From Azolla caroliniana (lineage: Eukaryota; Plantae; Polypodiophyta), in NCBI GenBank assembly GCA_043228905.1, contig JBHGNT010000004.1, positions 20,150,001 through 20,214,000 of the forward strand: a stretch of 64,000 nucleotides of DNA. The letters are read 5' to 3'. The notes under the pieces were generated by a model. It was not told where the DNA came from and made no database searches. It saw nothing but the letters and a program-made list of their open reading frames with translations. Shown here piece by piece: positions 51,721 through 61,248 of the stretch (position 1 is the first letter of the stretch; every line of letters starts with the position of its first letter). A program made the position numbers and the translations under genes.

Positions 51721-54700
51721 ACGTGTGGTTCTCATGCAGGGAATCCATCTCGTCCTACATGGCACTTAACCACTTGTGGTTGTGGGTGTCCTCATTTGCC
51801 TCTTTGAAGCTTTCCGGCTCCCCCTCATTGGTTAGCAACACATGCTCTGGATCCGGATATCTCCGGGGGGGGCTTCTCTCTCTGAGAGGATATCTCCGTC
51901 TTTGGCTTTTGGCAATCGGCTCCTCTGTTTGTTCTTCATCCGAATCCGATTCGGGGTCTTTACCAATTCCAGTTTCAGCTTCCTCTTCTTCTTCTTCTGC
52001 CGGTTCGGTATCCTCACCGTAACCGGCCCGTTCTTCGAGTGTCAACCGGCTCTTAGCCAGGTAGGTCCGAATCTCATCGAACCGATCCTTACCGGTCGAC
52101 TCGGAGTTCATTATCTTCTTCTCCGACTCCCGGTTGACAAGGGTCTTGTCCTCCATGAAGATAATATCTCGACTCCGGAAAACCTTCTTGTCGACCGAAT
52201 CCCACACTCGGTAGCCGAACTCATCATCGCCGTATCCGAGGAATATGCAAGGTTGGGTCTTTGGATCAAACTTTGCTCTCCCTTCCTTTGCAACATGCAC
52301 GTAAGCGAGACACCCGAACACCTTCAGATGCCGGTAGGACACTTCCTTACCGGTCCACACTCTCTACGGCGTGTCTCCGTCCAAGGGCACTGAGGGTGAT
52401 CTGTTTATCACGTACGTCGCTGTCGCCAGCGCCTCAACCCAAAATGTCTTGGGAAACCTTGAATGTGATAGCATACTCCGGACCCTCTCCATTATGGTCT
52501 GGTTCATCCTCTCGGCCAACCCGTTTAGTTCCGGTGTCTTCAGCACGGTAAATTCGAGCCGGACTCCCTTCAAGCGGTAGTACTCCTCGAACTGCCCCTG
52601 GTATTTTCCTCCATTATCTGCTCGAACAGCCTTCAGCTTCCAGCCAGTTTCTCTTTCCACTCTTGCGTGGAGCTCCTTGAAGACGGATAACACTTAGTCC
52701 TTCGTCTTCAACGGTGTGGCCCACAGCTTCCGGTTGTGGTCATCTATGAACGTCACGAAGTACTGCGATCCGGCATGTGACTTCGTGTCCACTTGACACA
52801 CATTGGTATGCACCAGCTCCAGTGGTGCATTACCTCTCATCGGTGGCCTTGAGCGGAAGGAGGTCCGGTTTTGCTTATTGGCCAGGCAATCGGTGCCCTT
52901 CTCAAGATGCACGTCTTTCACCGGAATGAGGTTGTCATCGGCAAGCCTCTTCATCCCCTTCTTGCTCATGTGACACAGTCTCTTGTGCCACAGCTCATCG
53001 GTAGTGTTGGAAGCAACGTTCACTTCTTCCCGGCATAATCGTACATTCATCATGTACAACGTATTGACTTTCCGGGCCCGAGCCACTATCAGGCTCCCTT
53101 TGCAGAACTTCATGACACCATTCCGGATGTTACCGATGTAGTCTTCATCATCTAGCCGACCGGCTGACATCAGGTTCAGTCGAACCTCCGAAACGTGTCA
53201 GACATCCTTCAGCAGCAACTTGCATCCGGTTGATGTCGTCAACAGCACATCTCCTATGCCGATGATTCGGCATGTCCCTTCATTCCTCATCCGGACATAG
53301 CCGTGCTCACCGGTTGTGTAGGATGAGAAGCATTTCCGGTCTGGGGTAAGGTGGAACGACGCTCTGGAATCGACAACCCACGTTGTCTCGTCACCGGCAA
53401 GGTTCAACTCACTCTCCTCGGTGATGAGCATCAACTCTTCTTCAGTTGCCATGATTTCCGTCGTTCCCTTCCGGTCCGGTCCTCTCTGGTCTTTACCATT
53501 CCGGTTCGTTGACCGCTTCGAATCGGTACTGTCGGTTCCCTTTTCTTTCTGGAAATGCCGACAGTTCTTCTGGAAGTGTCTCGGCTTGCCGCAATAGAAG
53601 CAAGTAGGCCTCCCCCTTGACTTTGACCATGTCCCCGACTTTTCCTGATTCTAGGGACTCCGGTTCCTTTGTCTTCCGCGTTCTGATTCGGTAAGGAGCA
53701 CTTTGTATTCGGAGATCGTATCCTTGTCTTTCCGACGCGCCTCCTCATCTAACAAGCTCGACTTGACTTTTGCTAGGGATAACTGTTTCCCTTCTGGCCC
53801 GGCGTTGCCCAAAGTGACAACCAACGTCTCCCAGCTATCTGGGAGGGAACCGAGCAAGAGCAGTGCTAGTACCTCATCGGTGAGAGGTACTTCCAATGAT
53901 GTTGCCTGGTGAACAAGTCCTGGAAGGCATTCATGTGCTCCGCCATACTGGAGCCATCTTGGTACCGGAGCCTCACCAGCTTCCGGAATACTGAAATCCA
54001 ATTAACAGCATTTTTGTTCTAAAACATAATGTTGATCTTCTCCCAGAGCTCATGAGCCTTACTCTCCTCATTAAAGTTGTTGTACATGCTCATGTCGATG
54101 AAGCACCGTATGTACGTCGTTGTCTTCATGTGCATCACCTCCCATATCGTGGCATCGATCTTGTCCGGTCTCTTGTCCCTGAACTGAACCGGCAGCCAAA
54201 GATCTTTAACCATGAGCATGTACCTCATCTTCGACTTCCACACTGAGTAGTTGGAGCCGGTGAGCTTGAACATGCATCCCAATGAATCTTCCATTTTCTG
54301 TGTTGTTTCTCTATGATACCAGATTGACAGGAATATGCGGAATAATCTTCGGCCACAACCGAGACTTAGATCACTTAATGATAATCAAACACAGAAACAA
54401 ATGGGAAATGGAAGTAAGTACACAAACAGAAGAGAATACACAGGATGTTAACTTGGAAAACCCTAAACGGGAAAAACCACGGGAGCCCACAGACTCCGAA
54501 CTATCACTATGTAAGGAGAATACAATAGGGGAACACGGAGGCAACGACCTCGTGCTCACAATCTTTGCTTGGCGGTGGTTACAACAAAGACACACACACA
54601 CTCTCTCTCTCTCTCTCCCTCTCCCCCTCCCCCTCTCCCTCTGCTACGCTCTGTACAGTAGTTACACCAATAACTCTATACAAAAATATTGACAACTCTA

Positions 54701-55019
54701 TGATACACACCCTGTTCTGTTTGCCCTAGGTCATATTTATACTAATATGACATTAGGACTATTTACAGATATAGCCCCAATGGGCTCTCAAAAACATATT
54801 TCCATATATGTCCCTTCATTCGGTGAGAGCTTCTCACAGGGCCTCCATCATCCAGTTCTCACCGGGTCTTCCGTGTCGGGTACTCATCATCCGGTTCTCA
54901 CTGGGTCTTCCTTGTCAGGTACTCAACATCCGATTCTCACCGGGTCTTCCTTGCCAGATACTCAACATCCCATCCGGAGCGAAATCCTAACAATCCTTTC
55001 CAGAGTCGGATTCTCTCCA
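51721..55019 (-). mobile_element. Ty1/copia element B (Tnt1/Tork-like), 5' LTR to start of RT; continues at 48749-48549
   Basis: 5' LTR 54325-55019; Met-type PBS TGGTATCA near 54314-54321; gag MEDSLGCMFKLTGSNYSVWK, LLLGSLPDSWETLV; protease WVVDSRASFH; integrase WHKRLCH, ELNGLAERMNQT. The LTR contains a 39-bp tandem repeat (54849-54970). Confidence 0.92.
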
Positions 55020-55141
55020 ATCTGACTCCACGTTGTTGGTTTTGTACTCCGAGATTTTCTGCTTCCCTTTCTCTTTGCGCGTTGTCGCGAAGTTTCACGT
55101 TCGCATGTAGGAAGAGGCGGGACCACGGGGATCTTGGACCA

Positions 55142-55188
<47 letters not shown>

Positions 55189-57077
55189 GAGATACACTGA
55201 CAGAAATAAGAGCAAGAAACAGGAATCCAATTACTATAATCAGTAGCTTACAACTCGAACAGTTACAATCGATGAACTGGTAATGGACCTGACACGGGGT
55301 CCTACTCACGCACATAGACGACAACCACTCGACTCGAAGAAACAAAAAAAAAGGGGGGGGGGGGGGGGGGGGAGAGCCTCTGTTGGAAGCACACGGGCTA
55401 TCCACGAAGCAGAGGCAGCGAACTCCCGACACCCACAGAGAACGACGATCGGAGGAGAGAGAGCTCGGCCCTCGGTTCTGCAGCAACACTTTGTCCTCAC
55501 CAACGTGCGATCCCTTTTCTTCCTTCTCTCCCTCCTTAAATAGTTTGCCCAGGGGAGACCCTTCTTCCCTAGTCAAATCACTTTATTCCCAGTCCCTTTC
55601 GACATAGATACGCACAAATCCCCTAATAAATGTGTACTACCTAGTATTTACATCAGCCGACCTAATTATGAATTATGTCCAAAATATCAATTCTCGCGTC
55701 CGCCTATGTAAGAGCCGGTTCATGCACCTTTTTCTCTGATTCCGCCTATGGCCGGTTTTCTTCACAACAGCGTGAACCATCTCCTCGGTTCCTTGCGCGG
55801 GGAGAGCACAGCAAAGTCTCCACTACTCGTCGGTTCTTCATCCGGCTGGTCACTTTGACCCAATCGCTCGTTCAGTCCGCTCAACCGAAACGATTCCAGA
55901 CTCTCTTCTAGAGTCTCAAGCTCGTCATCTTCGATCTGGACCGGTTCAGGCTCACTGGCCTCAACTTCCGGAATCGGGTCTTTGTCGAGAGTTGGAGTCG
56001 GTAAGGAGTACCATGATGTTGTCTCATCAAACTCGACATCTCAGCTTACTCGGACCTGCTTAGTCCGGGGGTTATAGCACTTATACCCCTTTTGCTCATG
56101 CAAGTAACCGACTAGGATGCACTTCTTCGACTTCGGATCCAGCTTCCTCCGCTTCTCATCCGGTACATGCACATATGTTATGTTGCCGAATATCCAAAGG
56201 TGTCTCAAATTCGGTTTCCGCCCGAAATACAGCTCATGTGCTGACATTTTGTCTCCGATCCGGTTTTGGATGTAGACGGCTGTTCGGACCGCCTCAGCCC
56301 AGTAGAATTGGGGCATGCTCTTCTCCTCCAACATTGCCCTTGTCGCGTCAACAATCGACCGATTCTTCCTCTCGGCCACACTGTTTTGTTCCGGTGTGTA
56401 TCGGCAGCTGAATTCTCTCCGAATTCCGTTCTGCTGCAGATAACTGTTGAATTGGCCGGAAAAGTATTCTTTTCCGCCATCCGATTGCAAGCACTTGATC
56501 TTCCTCTCTGTTTCCCGTTCAACCAAGCTTTGAAGGTTCCGGAAACACTCAAAGACTTCACTCTTCCTCTCGATAAGGTAGATCCATGTGTGCCAGCTAT
56601 AGTCGTCAATGAAGGAGACGAAATATTGACTCCCGGCAAGACTAACATTTTGTGTCGGTTCCCATACATCCGAATGGATTAGGTCAAGCTTGTTACGACT
56701 CCGGTTTCGTTCGGTGGGGAATGGAAGCCGGTGTTGCTTCCCGGATGGCAAGCTTCACAAATTTCAACTTTCCGGCTGCTAAATTTCAACAAACCGAAAA
56801 CAACTTGTTTCGATTGCAGGTCCTGAAGCCTCCGGTAATTGACGTGACCAATCCGCTTATGCCAGAGATCGATGTCCGATTCAATCTTCTGTCCTTTCGC
56901 AAACGACGTCATTAGTGTTGAGGATGAACATCCTCCCTTGTCTGCACCCTTGCGCAATTATCCAGCCTTCTTCCTCGATGAAGCATTCGAGGTGCGTAAA
57001 CCGCACCTGCATTTCCTGGTCAACGATTTGTCTGACTGATACCAGGTTCTTTGTGATAGTCGAAACGTGTAGTACGT
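55020..57077 (-). mobile_element. Ty1/copia element C fragment (integrase region; related to Copia A), carrying a solo LTR
   Basis: WHKRIGHVN, HSDVWEP, FIDDYS, SDGGKEY, RRKLDPKS; the KEKGKQKISEY linker is cut at 55020 by the Copia B LTR. Confidence 0.9.
55083..55769 (-). mobile_element. Solo LTR of a diverged Trp-family relative
   Basis: Termini TGTTGTGAAGAAA...CGCGACA on the minus strand, shared GGTCCAAGA.CCCCGTGGTCCCGCC block, TSD GCGT at 55079-55082 and 55770-55773. Confidence 0.85.
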
Positions 57078-59529
57078 TGTCGCGTTGTTACACGCATGCG
57101 TGTAGAAGGGGCGGGACCACGGGGGTCTCGGACTAGGGAGTAGAGGAGAAGGAATAAGACACAAAATGGAAGCTTAGCTCAAGAGGAGGCGAGAAAGAAT
57201 AAGACAATAACGTAGAATAGACGGGCAAGATGCTCAACAAGTTAGCTTAAGGAAACACAAACGCTTTACAATGGTGGCCGCCATGGCCGCACCAAACGAC
57301 TATATCAAAAACCCTAAAGGAAAACCCAAGAAGAAGACCCTAACCGAAACCCTAAAACCGAATAGGAAACCCTCGACCTAAGTGGTATGCCTCTCTCCCT
57401 CAAAATAGGCAACCCCTCATAAGTGACCCCTCCCTTCCTTTTATAGCCCAAGGAAGGGGGGAACCTTACAATGTGGGATAAAATTCCCCTCTTCTTTCTA
57501 CACACCATTTCCTAGTATACACGTGCACATGTTGCACTCCACTAATTTGCCCATTCCACCCCGGTTTCACACTATAGCCGGAAATCTTCACGACATCCAC
57601 CCCCACCAAACCGCACATCCACCGGTATGTGCCAAGAAAGGAAAAGGGTGAGAGATTTCGGCGACGGTGATCAACCGGGTCTTTCGCCTTACCGGCACCC
57701 AACCGTCTTGTCGGTCCCTTGCCAGCGCCGATCCGTCTTGCCGACTCCTTACCGGCCCCGACCCGCCGGCTCCATCCGATCCACCATGTCCGGCGCATGG
57801 ACCTTCTTCTTCAACCGGCCATCACGAACACCATTTCCGATCCGGTCTCCCTTCCTTCGCTCACCACGCATGTCCTCCGGTTAGACCCCCGATTACTTCG
57901 ATTGCTCGCCGGGTGCCGCTCCTCGCGTATCACGTGTGTTCCACCTCCGGCTCGACCTTCTCCTCGCCCTGAACACCTCGTACCGACTCCCTTCGTTTTG
58001 CGCTCGGCTTCCGTAGGCACTTTCCATGCGTTGTTGTCGTCCATCAAATGCGCGCACGTGCTTTGGTCCTTACGTGACCCCGTTACGCGCTCCTTGCTTC
58101 TCCCTCGCTCACCGTGCCCTCTCGCCGTAGAGCGTACCGTCATCCCGACCACCATGTCAGTGTCCTTCGCGACTCCCGTCACCGCTTCATCCCGACTCTC
58201 GTCCTCTTGGCCCGCTTGGCCTCGCATGCCTTCCGGGACGCCGCGCTTCCTCTTCCCGGCGCGTAGCCCGTTGCTCTCCACGCACCTCCTCCGGTTCTCA
58301 AGACATAGCCTTCCATGCTCGCTGATCATCCGCCGATACCGGCACCTCACCGCTCCGTCTCTCGCCGTGTGCATTCCTCGCAAAGGCTCGTATGTCCTCC
58401 GGGTGCGCTCCCGATCTCCGATCGCACTCCGAATTCCGCCCTTTTCGTGTTGCATATGTTTCCTCCTTTGGTTTTATCGTCTCCGCATGCCAAACTCCTC
58501 GGTGTGTCGACTCTTCCCGCTCCGTGCTTGCCTTCCGTAGGCTCTTCCCGTGCGCCGATGTTGTCCCCCGAATATGCGCTCATTCTTTGGCCCTTAGGTA
58601 ACCCCATTACGCGCACCTCAATTCTCCCTTGCTCTCCGTGCTCTCTCGTAGTAGAGCATATCATCATCTCGACCTCCGTGTCGGTGTCCCTCGAGGCTCT
58701 CGTTACCGCCTCGCCTCGACTTGCGCCCTCTTGGCCCGCTCGGCCGCACACATCCTTTGGGATGCCCCGTTTGCCCTTCACGGTACGTGACCCTCCGTTC
58801 TCCACGCATCCCCTCCATTTTCCTAGACACAATCCTTCGTTCATGCCGATCACGCTCGTCTCGTTCCGTCGATCTTGGCGTCTCGTCGCACCGTCCGTCG
58901 TCCCACGCTTGCCTCTCGACGGCTTCCTCTGACCGTCATCGCCGGTCACTCGTTGCGGCTCCTCCGAATGCACGCTTGCTTCTTGGCCCTTCGTCGGCCG
59001 TAGTGCATGCTCCGTTTTACGCCATAGTGCATACTTCATATTATGCGCCTCATCCACTGTAGACCCGACCCCCGCGTTGGTCTCTTCGTCATTCGTTGCC
59101 GTAGCCCATTCTGACTCGGGCCTGCCATCTTGGCCCCGCTCGTCCATTATTTCATACCGGATATCTACACCGGTCTCCAACTCCGCATTGGCTTCTAACT
59201 CCTCGCCGCCACCCGCCATCTCTTCGGTCTTATGTTGATCCGCAACCGCCGAAGTCTCAAGAATAGGTGTGGAGGGTTCCTCTTGCTCTCGGTCTTCCGC
59301 CAAGCCGTAATCACTGTGCCCGGTTAGCCTCCTTCTCGCGCTCGCCGGCTCCCACCGGGTGTTGTAGCCCGTTCGCCTCGACCTCCAATCATGCCGACTT
59401 AGCCTTCGCCCGGATCGGTCTCGACCGATCGAGTTCCGGTTTGGTCGGCTCCCTTCCGTAATTGTAACCGGCCGGTAAATGTTTGTCCGCACAAATCCGG
59501 CTCTTCTTCGGTTCGGGCCCGGTTGACCG
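57078..59529 (-). mobile_element. Trp-family LTR element, diverged copy 4 (3' LTR and repeat-rich internal region), interrupted by a gypsy element
   Basis: 3' LTR 57078-57595, PPT GGTTTGGTGGGGGTGGA, flank ACGT at 57074-57077; long frames 58347-59492 and 57811-58455 with EEPSTPILET similar to copy 1 EEPSTRIPET and a ~530-bp internal duplication. Confidence 0.85.
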
Positions 59530-59978
59530 TGTCATGATATGGCAAGACCCAAACCCATGACCTTATGGTATATGGGTCGAGCTCTTAACCATCACACCAT
59601 CTATTGTAATTCATAGGATATTATTTTCATTTATGTTTTATTATAAGAGAGTAATGTATATTCCAGATTTCTCTGGAACATTCTAGAAGTTTCAGAATTA
59701 CTCCTGGCAACACTATAAAAGAAGGCACTAGGCATTATGTTGAACCAAATTGGTTCAACGCCAGTCTTAAGCCTTTTAGCCATTTTTGTACTTATCCTTC
59801 ACATAATATATTGGTTGTCATCATCATCTCTCTCTCTCTCTCATCCCCGCCATCTCTCTTTTCGCTTCTCTCTTTCTCTCTCTCTCGGGAGACTTACGTA
59901 GTCCCGTCCTCTTAGTACTAATAGTATTGCTCTTCTTTAGTACTAATTCCATCTCTACTTAGTACTATTCCTGACAGT

Positions 59979-59990
59979 TTGAACCAATTT
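59979..59990 (+). promoter_or_regulatory. Self-priming PBS, complementary to the element's own predicted transcript 5' end
   Basis: TTGAACCAATTT just after the LTR is the exact reverse complement of AAATTGGTTCAA at 59747-59758, about 27 nt downstream of TATAAAA (59714-59720). No TGG tRNA-type PBS is present. Confidence 0.8.
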
Positions 59991-61192
59991 TCTTTTCTCC
60001 AACCTACTTGTCGTTCTCCCTCATCCTCCTACCCTTTTCCCTATACTATGGCTACTGTTAGCGCCCAAGAATATCAATCCGTTTTCTCCGAGCTACAGTG
60101 CTTAAAAGAAAAATTTGTTGCCTTGGAACAAGAAAACCAACGGCTGATAGGGGATCTACAACAAATCGCTCTAGAAAAACAACAAACGCAGCAACAACAT
60201 GGGGAGTTAGTGTTACGGGTGCAACAACTCGAAGCGGCATTGCAACAACAAGGATCAAGTCCCCAAGGATTTCATAAAGAGCCGAAGATTGGACTTCCTG
60301 TGAAATTTGATGGAACGCGATCGCAATTCAGGGGATTCCTTAATCACGTACGATTAGTCCTCCAAATGCATCCTTCCCGTTATCCCAATGATGCATCCCG
60401 AGTCGGCTTAATAGGCACATTGCTTAGTGGCTCAGCCTTAGCATGGTTCACTCCGCTTCTAGAAAAACAATCGCCCTTGCTTAATAACTTTGAAGATTTT
60501 ATTAGTGAGTTTAAAGCCTGCTTTGGAGACACCGACAGCATCAGGATGGCGATCAACAAGATTCGGCGATTGCGTCAAGGCGATCGTCCAACCTCTACCT
60601 ACGCGGTGGATTTCCGCCTACTTGCTTCAAATATACCCTGGGATGATCAAGCACTAATGGAACAGTTTCGCTATGGCTTGCGAAATGATGTCAAAGATCT
60701 ACTTCTAACTTTCCCCGAAGAACCAAAGTCTCTTACGGAGGCAATCAGTCGAGCGGTTCGATGTGACAACCGCCTTTTCAAACGGCGTTCAGAACGTCAA
60801 TTACAAATACCACGCTCTAGGCCGGAGCCCACTTACGCCGCAATCACGGCTAAACCGTTTGCACGAGACATACCTCAAGCAAATACTTTGACACCGATGG
60901 AGATCGATACCATGCGTCGACGCGGCCCGTTATCGGAAGAAGAAAAGCAATGACGACGTGCCAATCGATTATGTCTTTATTATGGTGGACCAGGGCATAT
61001 CGCCATCAATTGTCCCCATAGGCCAAGAACACAGGTAAATCAAATCGTCGCTTGTACTAAACCCGAGTCAATTCTTCCCTTCGGAGTGTCTGATAGTATT
61101 AATAGTACTAATAGAGTGTCTGATAGTATTCATAGTACTAATAGCCCAAGTATCTCAAATAAATTTGAAATCCTTAGTCAATTAGATGAAGA

Positions 61193-61248
61193 GTTAAACG
61201 ATTGAGTCCATCCAAAATAGGAGCCGTTTGGTTGGACAGCAGCCCTAG
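61193..61248 (+). promoter_or_regulatory. Predicted -1 programmed ribosomal frameshift signal between gag and pol
   Basis: G_TTA_AAC in the gag frame one codon before the gag TGA; the pol ORF (61202) is in the -1 frame; a 6-nt spacer is followed by stem GTCCATCCAAA/TTTGGTTGGAC (10 of 11 pairs). Confidence 0.72.

Noticed and set aside
54849-54970. ORF with repeated HPVLTGSS (54747-55025) as a repeat protein
   Set aside because: It is a 39-bp tandem repeat inside the Copia B LTR, read on the antisense strand.
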